A stretch of DNA of 64,000 nucleotides from Macrostomum lignano (taxonomy: Eukaryota), in contig NIVC01000493.1 of the NCBI GenBank assembly GCA_002269645.1, positions 62,001 through 126,000 of the forward strand. Reading direction: 5' to 3'. Of the stretch, positions 13,438-24,339 are shown one piece after another. Position 1 is the stretch's first letter. Each line of letters opens with the position of its first letter. Made by a program: the position numbers and the translations under genes. The notes beneath the pieces were generated by a model. It was not told the origin of the DNA, searched no databases, and was given only the letters and a program-made list of their open reading frames with translations.

Positions 13438-14534
13438 CGTGCTCCGTGCCTACAACGTGCCACAGCAGCTGATCTCCGCCATCATGGCGCTATCAGGACA
13501 CCACCGCCGCGGTAGCGACGCCAGACGGACCGTCGGACCTGTTTAGCACGACGTCCGGAGTGCTACAGGGTGACACTCTGGCGCCCTTTCTCTTCGTGCT
13601 GGTGATGGACTGGGTGCTCAGAACCGGCCTGCCGACATCAGAGGACGGCTTTCTGCTGCAAAGGCGCACCAGTAGACGGCACCCGGAGAAGAAACTGTCT
13701 GTCCTTGGCTACGCGGACGACCTCGCCCTGCTGTCTTCGACGGCCGAAGGCGCCCAACGGCTGCTGGACGGCCTGACTGCGGCGGCGGCGAGGGTCGGTC
13801 TCGTCATCAACGCCAGGAAGACCAAGGTGCTGACGGTGCCGCATGATCTACCCGCCGAGATTCGACTTCAAGACGGCGACGGCCCAGGGACGGCGCTCCC
13901 GAAGTGCCTTCAGTTCATCTACCTCGGCGGACTGGTGCCGGACGTCGGCGACGACCTAGCGAGACGGCGTGGCAAGGCCTGGGCTGCCTTCCGATCTGTG
14001 CGGGCGGTGCTGCTCTCCGAGGCCCTGTCCGACGGCGCCAGGTCCCAGCTGTTCCAGGGGGTTGTTGAGACCGCCCTGCTGTACAATGCTGAGACCTGGA
14101 CGCTGACCGGGGCGCTTGAGGCGCAGCTCGACGCGGCACATGCGGCCCTAGTCCGCGCCGCTTTCAGCGCCTGCCGCGGCCCTGGCAGCGAGACAACCGA
14201 GTCCCTGTACAAGCGCACAGGCCTGACGCGGCCTTCTGCCCTGCTGAGTCAGCGGCGCCTGCGGCTTGCCGGACATGTCATCCGGGCCGAAGCCTACTGC
14301 CCAGAGCCGCTGCAGGACGTCCTGCTGTGGACCCCGCAGGGACCGCGCAGGCGTGGCCAGGGACGATCAGCCCGCTACGTCGACCGCCTTTTTGAAGATG
14401 CGCGAGCACCCAGCCAGGCGGCCGGTGTGAAGCACATTAGAGACCTAGCTCTGAAACGCGCGATTTGACGCTCCCCCCTTTTGGCCACTTCTGTGGCTGG
14501 CATGGGGTGTAACTATTATTATTATTATTATTAT
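13438..14534 (+). mobile_element. 5'-truncated RTE-like non-LTR retrotransposon (RT C-terminal part) with (ATT)n tail and 12-bp TSD
   Basis: RT motifs QGDTLAPFLF and YADD, and the RTE-type RLRLAGHV segment. (ATT)n tail at about 14513-14534. Identical TATAGCACAGCA at 13426-13437 and 14535-14546. Frameshift near 13493. Confidence 0.92.
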
Positions 14535-14621
14535 TATAGCACAGCAGCATTCATTGCCTGCTAACCATGGACTGCTAAACTAAAAGGACACTACACTCAC
14601 AAATAGTCTAAATTTGAGGCA

Positions 14622-15005
14622 ATTAATAACATAACAATAAAACAAGATAGTATTTTTCGCGGGAGGGCTGCGGTCGACATTGTCCCACACAAGCAGTGCT
14701 GACGGCAATTCTGACCATTCCGCTGACTCCTGAGCACATGCAAGCGCGCCAATACTGTACGCATGAGGCACGCACTCATACACACGCTCACACAGGGTGT
14801 ACAGCGGCCCTGACTTTCTTATCGGTCATTCATGTACACTCTGATCTCTGTGCCTTGGAGGACTCATGGCTGTGAATCGCACGACAACCCACCTGGCCAA
14901 TTTTTGTGCACACCAGCCCCAAACTGAATGCGTTTTGCGCACAGAATCGAACCATGCAGCGGTCGTGGCGCGGGAATCAGCATTTACCGCTGAACTGCTC
15001 TGCCC
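14622..15005 (-). mobile_element. tRNA-derived SINE family A, copy 1
   Basis: Minus-strand head GGGCAGAGCAGTTCAGCGGTAAA...GGTTCGATTC (A/B-box-like). Body is colinear with copies at 17.3, 35.9 and 44.0 kb. Confidence 0.8.
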
Positions 15006-16356
15006 TCGCATTAGAGATCCCATTATCCAGGTAGTAAAACCTAATTAGACCCCATCGGGCAAAGATTAGAGAAGTCAAAGATATACCTGCTTCATTTGCA
15101 ATTCGGAAGATTGATGAACAATTATTATAAAAATTCAAATTTGTTTTTTTACTTCTGCAGAATTCTTTCTTTAACTCTGCATGATTGCTGCTTTTTAAGC
15201 TTTTTGCCAGCTTTGAAACATTAATTTAATTTACACAAATTTGAGTTGAAAGTCACCTACATGCAGACTTTTTAAAATTAAATTTGTAGTGGTTTGTTTT
15301 ACTTTTATTGTTATATAGCTGTGGATAAAGATAGAAAAAGATAGAAAGCTGGTTGTTTACGGTTTAAAACAGTAAAAAACGTTAGACGAAAAAACTGGCC
15401 TCTATTGTCTAAGCCGTCATGTCATGGCTCTGAAGGCCTATAAATGGGTTTGTCTGGTCTGGTCGATATTGAATAGTGAAAAATTACAATGACTGTCCTG
15501 GCAGCTATCTATATAGTGCTCATATCAATGGCATGGCATAATAAACACAAAAGCTAGCAATAAGACAAGAAAAATGTTTTATATTGGGCAAGCTAGTATA
15601 ACAAACAGTAAGTCGTATGTGGTAGTTAATATTGCAGTTAAATTAAATATTTTCAGTTCAAAATTTTAGTATATTAGAAGTTAAAAGACAAATCGAAAAA
15701 AGATACATTTAAATATTTTTAATTTTAAAAAAACATTTAAGGAAATTTAAATGAAAAAAGGATTATTTGTTAATTTATGTAGATCTAATATAACACTAAA
15801 TTCGGTAAAAAAATTGAGTTCAAATAAGGATGAACAATTTTTCAAAAGTATAAGATATACTTTGTTCAACTTTGTTATACGATTATACATTTAAAGCACG
15901 AACAGAATGCGACACGTTCGTCATCCATCGATGTCAAGTAAGACAAGCAACAAGCGAGGGAGCTATTGTCGGAATAAATTATTGATAGAGCGTTGCCAAA
16001 ATTAAGAAACGGCAAAAAAGAAAATTAAATAACGCGAAACAGATTTCTACAGAAACAAAGTAGACGCAGACTACAATTCTAAGAAATTACACTTTTTTGA
16101 AAAATGTTCGACCACAGCCTGAAGGCTGCTGAAGTCGCGATCGGAGCCCTATCAGTCTGTCTGAATTAAACTATCTCGCTACAATCTTCTTAGCGAGAAA
16201 AAGTTAGTGGCAATTGTGAATTCTTATTTATTGCGTGTCTCTAATACCGCTATACCATGCAGATCACTTTACAATTATTGCTTGAATTTAAAAAGCAAAT
16301 TAAATTCAACTCGACGCAATAGGCTTGTGCTTTCCTGGAATTGCTAATGTCTAAAT

Positions 16357-16508
16357 ATCAATGGCCAAAAGTCAATCACCAAGTGTCAATGACCAAATGT
16401 CTATGGCCAAGTGTCAATGACCAAATGTCAATCACCAAATGTCCATCACCAAATGTCAATCACCAAATGTCGATGGCCAAATTTCAATGGCCAATTGTCA
16501 ATGGCCAA
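16357..16508. repeat. Degenerate 14-bp tandem repeat (TGTCAATCACCAAA-like), about 11 units
   Basis: Direct inspection. Confidence 0.75.
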
Positions 16509-16731
16509 GCCAATTTACGATTCCTTAGAGCCTTAGACTTTGAGCATTCGAGCGTAGACTTGAGACTTCAGTTGGTTTGCAAAAACTATTAACTGATTAG
16601 GACAGACGATCATACAATAATGACTTAGCTAATTCTTTTTTCAGTGGCAATTTTCTTAGCAAAACACAATAGCACACTCTTACAGCCAGACTATTAGAAA
16701 AAGTTCAGAGTAACGAAGCTTTGAACTGTCG

Positions 16732-17861
16732 CTATTCCCGTTCCAAGCTCTGGGCGCTGGGCGGCACCATGTCCTTGACCTCCTGAGCGTCCTGCACCAG
16801 GGCGCAAAGCGGGCAGCACAGGTAGGTGAAGAAGTCGCCAACGAATCCGCCGGCGATGCCCTGCTTATCGCGCACCTTGCCTCGGATGACGGCGCCAACG
16901 CATGGCGCTACGAACAAGTAGCCGATGGCGCACAGAACGCAGCTGTCGCCGACTGCTTCGGCCGTTTTGCCGTGCGTGTAGCAGGGCAAAAAGTAGGCGA
17001 CGATGCAGATGCCTGGCGGTGCGGTGTTCAGGGGGGTTCAGTTCAGTGAGCTTCCGGCGCCTTGTTGCAGTCAGCAGCAAGTGCGTGTTGAAACAGAGGC
17101 TGAAACGCACGGCAGACCGCCCGCTGGGAATGTCTATGGCCAGAAGACCCTTGGTTCAGTGCAGAGTCAGCGGGCATTATTTAAACGCCCTCCGAAACTG
17201 TCTGCGTCACGGTGAATCTTCGCTATTCGCTATATATTTTCTTAAGGATTGCTGGCTCCCTGCCGCAACGCCTTCGGCGATATCGTCTCGCAACTAGCGC
17301 TGAGGCAATCTTGACCATTCCGCTGACTCCTGAGCACATTCAAGTGCGCCAATACTGTACGCAGGCACGCACTCATGCACACGCTCACACAGGGTGTACA
17401 GTGGCCCTGACTTTCTAATCGTCAGGCATGTACACTCTCTGTGCCTTGGAGGTTGGCCCTCATGACTTTGAATTGCATGACAACCGCCTGACCAATTTTC
17501 GTGCACACGAGCCCCAGATGAATGTGGGTGAGCACGGAATCGAACCAGGGGTCGTGGCGCGAGAGTCAGACGTGTTTACCGCTGAGCTGGTCTGCCCGTC
17601 AACTACAAAACTACTATAGATTGGCCGCTCGGGCCATGTGCCTCAAAATTTTAGCTCGTTACAGCCGCAGTGAAGACTATCAATATTGCCATAATAAACA
17701 GAAGCAGTCCTACATTATGTCGCTAAGCGCTCTTTGCGACCGCAGGGCATCCAGGCCAGCTGACCTTTAAAATGAAAGGTTCTGAAAGCTCATCCTCTAC
17801 TGCGCTTCAACTCACCGCAGTCGTCAAAGCAGCCGCAGAGTCCATGCCTGTACTGCGACAT
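16732..17861 (-). CDS. PLAC8/cornifelin-like cysteine-rich protein; exons 17861-17816, 17012-16732; 108 aa
   Basis: N-terminal MSQYRHGLCGCFDDCG|ICIVAYFLPCY and C-terminal IRGK...GDFFTYLCCPLCALVQ are diagnostic PLAC8 motifs. Phase-1 GTGAGT...CAG intron. Confidence 0.9.
17296..17597 (-). mobile_element. tRNA-derived SINE family A, copy 2 (in PLAC8 intron)
   Basis: Head GGGCAGACCAGCTCAGCGGTAAACAC...GGTTCGATTCC with clear A and B boxes. Body aligns by eye with 14700-15005. Confidence 0.85.
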
Positions 17862-18817
17862 TGTTGCGAAATTTCAACAGATGAAACGTTAGGAAGGTTT
17901 CAACACAGCCAGAGAACTTCGTTTTGTGGATGCTTTTTTGTGAATGATGTGGATGAAGAAATAAGGGAGACTGGAGAGGAAAGGTTATTTTCATATTGCA
18001 AATCCAAAAAACCCTCCCCCCTATTCTCATCTCTCTGTCCGTTGGGGGAGGAAAAGCTCAGAGGCAGGAGGGAGCAGAGAAAAGGATGACTGGAGTGGAG
18101 CTGGGCTGGAGTGGATGCGCGCAAATATAGGGAATCTCAACGTCCCCGCATGCGCTCTCAGCTTCACGGGCAAGAGCTCTGGGAGCAGGGGAGGCTGGGG
18201 ATGGAGCAGAGAGTTTTTGAGGTGGTTTTATCGATCGGGTACGTAGAATCGTTGAGAATAGGGGATGGGAGGGATCGGGGAAGTGGCATCCTCTGCGATG
18301 AGATAGAGAGAATTTTGGGTGTTTGGGTGTGGCCAGAAATTTGTACAGGCCAGGTCTAAATGCGAACCCGCATGAAGAGCAAATGAGGGAGACAAATCAC
18401 ACTGATAACAGAAATAAATGGAAGCCTACAGACTGCGAGACCCTGTACTTAGCATGGCTTATCTGGTTACTCGTTGAGTGGCGTATGAAATTGTCATTTC
18501 AGGTGGTTTCAATATAGCGCTTTTAGTCTGTCTACTTATTTAAGCATGTCTACTTCTTTGTGGCTACTACTTGAGTAATAAATTGTGTTTATCTGCCCAC
18601 TAATTTGAAGCGCAGCGAGAGGAGGCGCAGAAGTTAAAGATTTAATATGCTCTGGCCATAGACAAAGAAACAAAAGTTGCGCAAGGATATTCATAGCATA
18701 TTGTAGCAGTTGTCAGACTTTTTCGTTGTGTTTTCGAGCGTTCTGCCCGTTTTAAAGTCAGTTGCACCTCAGTTTGTTGCATTGGAAAGCTGATTGCATC
18801 TCCGCAGGATTGGAAAA

Positions 18818-20713
18818 ATGTCTAAAACAGTAGCAAATGGCAGCAAAATGGTGGCTAGTCCAAGCGACAACAACGAAGTCCGTATCAAAGCGGCTGTGCT
18901 CATTCAGACTTGGTACCGCCAGTACACGGCACGCCTTGAGGCCAGACGACGCGCGGCCTGGGTTGTCTACCAAAGCATTGAGTACGACAGCGAATCGAAT
19001 CAGATAAATTTGCAGAAATTCTTTGACGACATTCTCAAATTTGGCTCGAAAATGTCCCGAGGTGGTGCCAGCGGTAGCTTTGCTCAGCGGCTTCAAGAGA
19101 GTGTCGGTGCTGCCAGTAGAGAGGAGCGAGACCTGCTAAATCAGACTAAATATGACAACATTGAAGTGGAAAAATCCTACTCAGGGCCTCGACTGTCCTT
19201 TCCCCTGAGCGCCCCTCAGGTTCAGAAAATGATCGAACACTTTAGTAAAGGAGGAAAGCTACATGCTCGCTACGTGTTGCAGCTGCTTCACGAGACTCGG
19301 CTGGTGCTTAAGGCCAGGCCCAACATTTATCGTCCCAGCACGAGCATCTCCAAGCAGATGACGGTGGTTGGAGACCTGCACGGCAAGCTCGATGATTTGC
19401 TGCTCGTGCTCTACAAGAACGGCCTGCCGGACGTCACGAACCCGTACGTGTTCAACGGCGACTTTGTGGACCGGGGCGACAACTCAGTGGAAGTCGCGCT
19501 GCTGCTGTTTGCCCTTCAGCTGGTGTGGCCGACGGCGGTTTGCATCAACCGCGGCAATCACGAAGACTGCGTAATCAACCGCAGCTACGGCTTTGTCAAG
19601 GAAATATTACAAAAGTACCGCTTGGATTCGTGCAAGATTGTGCAGCTGTTCTCTGACGTATTTGCGTGGCTTCCCCTGGCAACCGTGATTGACGAGCAAA
19701 TTCTGGTGGCTCACGGCGGCATCTCGGACAAGCTGGACCTTCGACTAATCGATTCTTTGGACCGGCACAGGTACTTTTCGGCGGTGCGGCCGTCTTTTGA
19801 AAATGGTAAAATTGATAAGAAGGAATGGGATCAGCTGATGGAGCTGCTGTGGAGCGATCCGAAACCACAGCTGGGCTGCAAGTTAAACAAAAGTCGCGGC
19901 GGAGGCTGCTACTTTGGGCCGGATGTAACGGAAAACTTTTTGCGCCAAAACAAGCTAAAAATGATTGTTCGCTCGCACGAGACGAATCCCGAAGGCTACG
20001 AGTTTTGTCATGGCAACTGTGTGCTGACGATCTTCTCCGCCTCAAACTACTACTCGGAGGGCAGCAACCGGGGCGCCTACGTCAAATTCGACAACAGCGG
20101 GCAGCCTAGAGTTATGCAGCTCTGCGCCAGCAAGTCGAAGCAGCTCCCGCTAGGTCGTCGGCTTGCAACCTTCGAGGACGCTGCATTGCGCGGCCTCCGC
20201 GCCAAGATTGCCGCTAGCAGGGTCCAGCTCGTGGCGGCCTTCAGCGAACTGGATTTCGGCAAGACGGACTGCGTCACCATCGCCCAGTGGTGCAGCGCAA
20301 TGGAATCGGAGCTGCAGCTTAGTCTGCCGTGGCGAAGGCTCCGACCTCGCCTGGTTAAGCTGACTCCGGACAAACGCGTCATGTACATGTCGACCTTCCA
20401 GCGGACGGCTGTGCAGCACCAGGGTGGCCGATCCGCCTCTGCACCGGATGCCTCAATGATGGAATCTGTTTACAAGAGCAGAGAGAAGCTGGAGACCATC
20501 TTCCGAATCATGGACCGCGACAATAGCGGCCACATCAGTCTGGACGAGTTCAAGGAGTGCTGCCGAGTTCTGGGCAGAGTCACCAAGAGGAACTTATCAG
20601 AAGATGAAATTGTTGACATGGCCAAGGCTTTGGACCTCAATAAAGATGGAAAAATCGATTTCAACGAGTTCTTAGAAGCATTTCGCATTGTCGAGTTTCA
20701 AAGCGGCGCCTGA
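18818..20713 (+). CDS. PPEF: EF-hand Ser/Thr phosphatase PPEF/rdgC, copy 1, intronless CDS (631 aa from ATG 18818)
   Basis: IQ motif (AAVLIQTWYR), PPP motifs GDLHG, GDFVDRG, RGNHE, HGG, RSHE, FSASNY, and two C-terminal EF-hands (DRDNSGHISLDEF, DLNKDGKIDFNEF). The ORF-track start at 18794 is a TTG. AATAAA at about 21006. Confidence 0.95.
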   Translation: MSKTVANGSKMVASPSDNNEVRIKAAVLIQTWYRQYTARLEARRRAAWVVYQSIEYDSESNQINLQKFFDDILKFGSKMSRGGASGSFAQRLQESVGAASREERDLLNQTKYDNIEVEKSYSGPRLSFPLSAPQVQKMIEHFSKGGKLHARYVLQLLHETRLVLKARPNIYRPSTSISKQMTVVGDLHGKLDDLLLVLYKNGLPDVTNPYVFNGDFVDRGDNSVEVALLLFALQLVWPTAVCINRGNHEDCVINRSYGFVKEILQKYRLDSCKIVQLFSDVFAWLPLATVIDEQILVAHGGISDKLDLRLIDSLDRHRYFSAVRPSFENGKIDKKEWDQLMELLWSDPKPQLGCKLNKSRGGGCYFGPDVTENFLRQNKLKMIVRSHETNPEGYEFCHGNCVLTIFSASNYYSEGSNRGAYVKFDNSGQPRVMQLCASKSKQLPLGRRLATFEDAALRGLRAKIAASRVQLVAAFSELDFGKTDCVTIAQWCSAMESELQLSLPWRRLRPRLVKLTPDKRVMYMSTFQRTAVQHQGGRSASAPDASMMESVYKSREKLETIFRIMDRDNSGHISLDEFKECCRVLGRVTKRNLSEDEIVDMAKALDLNKDGKIDFNEFLEAFRIVEFQSGA

Positions 20714-21100
20714 AAGCCTAGAGGTTGGGGCTGATGGAGAATCAATGTTAATTTGATTCAGAAAATTGCCTGCGCATTTATAGTACAGGAGTCAGGTCAA
20801 CAGAGCTACCTTGTAAGCTTTCCTGGCTTCGATGCCCAGTTCCCAGTGTGCTAAAGATCGAGGTGAATTATCTCTTTTGGCGTGCTCAAAGTTGCATTAA
20901 TATTGCTTTCTCGTAAAATAAAGATAATCAGTTGACCGATGAAATGCTCTTGATATCTGACTTGGGGCATCTTACCGGGGTGTTGTCAGTACAGCATTGC
21001 ATTAAAATAAAACAAAAAGAACCAGGAAAAGAATGTCGGAATGACAAATGCTTTAACTCAGGGTTCCAGTCTAGATACTAAATGTAGTGTCGGTAGTCTA

Positions 21101-21625
21101 TGATTCCAGTCCAGGTACTAGTGTTGGGAGCTCATGATTCCAGTCCAGATACTAGTGTTGGGAGCTCATGATTCCAGTCCAGATACTAGTGTCGGGAGCT
21201 CATGATTCCAGTCCAGATACTAGTATCGGGAGCTCTTGATTCCAGTCCAGGTACTAGTATTGAAGCTCATGATTCCAGTCCAGATACTATAGTGTCGGGA
21301 GCTCATGATTCCAGTCCAGATACTATAGTGTCGGGAGCTCATGATTCCAGTCCAGATACTATAGTGTCGGGAGCTCTTGATTCCAGTCCAGATACTAGTA
21401 TTGGAAGCTCTTGATTCCAGTCCAGATACTAGTATCGAGAGCTCTTGATTCCAGTCCAGGTACTAGTATTGGAAGCTCATGATTCCAGTCCAGATACTAG
21501 TGTCGGGAGCTCATGATTCCAGTCCAGATACTAGTATCGGGAGCTCTTGATTCCAGTCCAGATACTAGTATTGGAAGCTCTTGATTCCAGTCCAGATACT
21601 AGTATCAGGAGCTCTTGATTCCAGT
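21101..21625. repeat. 34-36-bp minisatellite (GATTCCAGTCCAGATACTAGTGTCGGGAGCTCAT), about 15 copies
   Basis: Direct inspection; minor indel variants. Confidence 0.92.
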
Positions 21626-22737
21626 TTCGCTATTAATTCACATCAGCTGTCACCGCTGCTGACAGCCGGAGATCGGAGCCATGAGTCCGATCGGATTAGC
21701 TTGCAATCAGCTCGAATAGCTCCTGGCTGATAGGGGATAATTAGTGGCCTGCACTTACCCAGGTACAATTTTCTCTATTCCGAAGGCTTTCATCCCTCTG
21801 AGTTCTTGACCTTGCTTTCGAGCTTTTTTCTGTACGAGCTCTTCTTTCCCTTTCATCCTGCTCAGCTCTCTACTCATATTTACAGGTTCAAAGTGCGTCA
21901 ATTTGCTAGGCCTATTCAATTGATACTTTCCTTATTTGGGAAGCTTTCCGAAAATCAGTTTTACCCAATGAGATGACGGCGGACTAGCAGTGAATGCGCT
22001 GTTTTCCTGAGTACTGAAATCCTACAGTTCTCATCATTTTGTTGAGACAAGAGACAGATCGAAAACTGCCTTTGAATTGGTTTCTGAGTAGTATGGGTGA
22101 GTTTTTATATACGAGCCAACGAGTGTTGGCAATGGCATCCTACTCGTAAAGTGGGGGCCTCAGTGTGACTGCACAGTGGTGCATATGAGCTGAATGTATC
22201 ACCAAGGTATCATACGAGGACGCAAAAAACTCGTACATAAAATTGTGATTTAATGGGGTCAATGGCCAACTAACTCGAAAATGCATTTTCAGACGAAGGA
22301 AGCGACACTGTGACAGGAGAAGGATATGACATTGGGGAGGGGAAATGGGGAGAAACCTCGAATTCTGAGATCCTCCATCAACAGGAAATGTTTGGAACGA
22401 GCAGCAGCGGGATGGGATCTGTGCTTGATGGCTGCCCAGCCCGATTTCCTGAATCCTGCTTCAACACCCTTGCTTGATCCACCAAAAGCAGTTTGGCTTA
22501 GCAATTATTTATACATTTTTTCACTGGCTGTTGCTGCGTAGCTCCTAGACAGAGAAGCTTACAAGGCTAGGCTTGATGTAACTCCACTTCACTCCAATGA
22601 CGTTGTTGTCATCATCATTGCGACTAAAGTCAGAAACCATATAGACAACTAACCACTGCCATGTAAGGATTAATGAATATTGAAACAAGTGAGCCAATTG
22701 CAATATCAACGCATGTCATTTTTAACGCTATTTGTGC

Positions 22738-23320
22738 CTGCGACGGCTCAATGTCACCACTCGGATCAACCAGTGGGTGGCTTCAAAGCACAGGGAGAGG
22801 TGGGCTAACGCCCCCGACTGCCGGCAATCCCGCGCGGCTGTCCCCTGTCCTTCCTCCGCCCTGTGCAGGGCCCTGCTTGGACTCAACCGCAGGGACATCA
22901 GAGTGGTGACCATGGCCTTCTCGGGTCATGGCTGTTTTGCCAGGCATCGTCACCTCCAGGGTAAAATCCGCAGTGAGGAATGCCCTTTCTGCCTCTCCGG
23001 TGTCGAGAATGTGGAGCACTTTATCTGTGAATGCTCCGCCTTTACTCAGGACAGGCTCACCTACCTCGGCCCAAACCCGGACCTCCGACGTTTTCAGGCC
23101 CGAGAATCTCTGCCAGCTCGTCCGCTACCTAAGGGCTACCGGGCGAGCGACAATCCACCTCCTGGACTCTCCGGAGGGGGACCGCGCTGCGGACACCGGC
23201 ACCACCGGAACTCCCTGCGCGACACCGCAGCACCAGCTGGCCGTGGTCGCCAGGGGTCAGCGGAATGGGCGGCAACGCCTCCTCGCTGTTTCCGGACGCA
23301 CGGAGCCCCCTGCAGCTAAG
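22738..23320 (+). mobile_element. I-group (RNase H/CCHC-type) non-LTR retrotransposon 3' fragment, frameshifted
   Basis: SGHGCF..H....CPFC....[10 protein letters not shown] zinc-knuckle region, homologous to 56828-57509 including the 3' UTR. Frameshift near 23080. No TSD seen. Confidence 0.8.
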
Positions 23321-24339
23321 CCAAAGCACCGGCTCAAGGAAGAGTAACGAGCGCATTTTCAAAGCATAGTGGATGTTCTAATGACTTTTCGTCATCTCAT
23401 GTTCCGAAACCCGCGACTGCATAGGTTGGTTTAGCGTTGGGCGGCATTGTGAGTGTTTTGAGCCCCTGAAATTGAGAGATAATTAACTATATTTACCTAA
23501 AGCAAGGTCTGCACAAATTAGCGGGCTAAATTAAATGGAGCGGGGCGGGAGTCAGTCAAAACAAATAAGTAAGAACCACTGCAATTAAGTGTGAGAGACC
23601 GCTCAATTCAACTCAATATGCAAGCACAGATAAATCTGTCTATCTCTCTCAGCTATGCTACCGGAGGCCAGGGACTACAATGCGGGCCATTGCCTCAATG
23701 GTTTCTGGGATAGAGAGGCAGGGGAAGGCAAGCATGCGGCTGGCTAAGGGTACGGAAATGGGCAAGAGCTAGAATGCAGCTACCCACCCCATCCTATCCT
23801 CCTGAAGATAGAGTACAGTGGGCATGCTTTTGAGCATTAATACAGAAAGGTTTGGGGAGTTTCCAGTGAACAGGAGGGCCGGGTAGTTCTCTCTATTCCT
23901 TCACTCAGGCAGTCCCGCTCAAGCCACACCCTATCGTCCAACCCGCAGACGAAGAGCGCTGACCCAGAGCAGAGCTCCCCTAGGTCACCTAGGGTTACAA
24001 CCTCCGGCGAGCGCATCTCGCAAGCAAGCCAGTCAACTTTCTTTCTTCCTTCCCCAAGATCCCTCACCTCACCAATCCCCGAGATTCCCGAGAAGCCGGT
24101 GCAGCTCTGTCAAAGTGCTGCATCAGGAAGGCGCCAATCCACGCCTTGGAGCTTCAGAAAAGGCAAAGGCAAGTCGGTGAGAAACAAAAGAAAAGAGCTG
24201 CCGTGCATCAGACACGGCATGCCTCTCCGTCGGAATTCTTAGTCCATTAAGCCATAAATTAAGCAGTAAATTAAACAGTTCGCGACTTTCTAAACCATTT
24301 TAAAACAGGAAAGCTTCAAAGAAAAAGCTAGACAAACGA

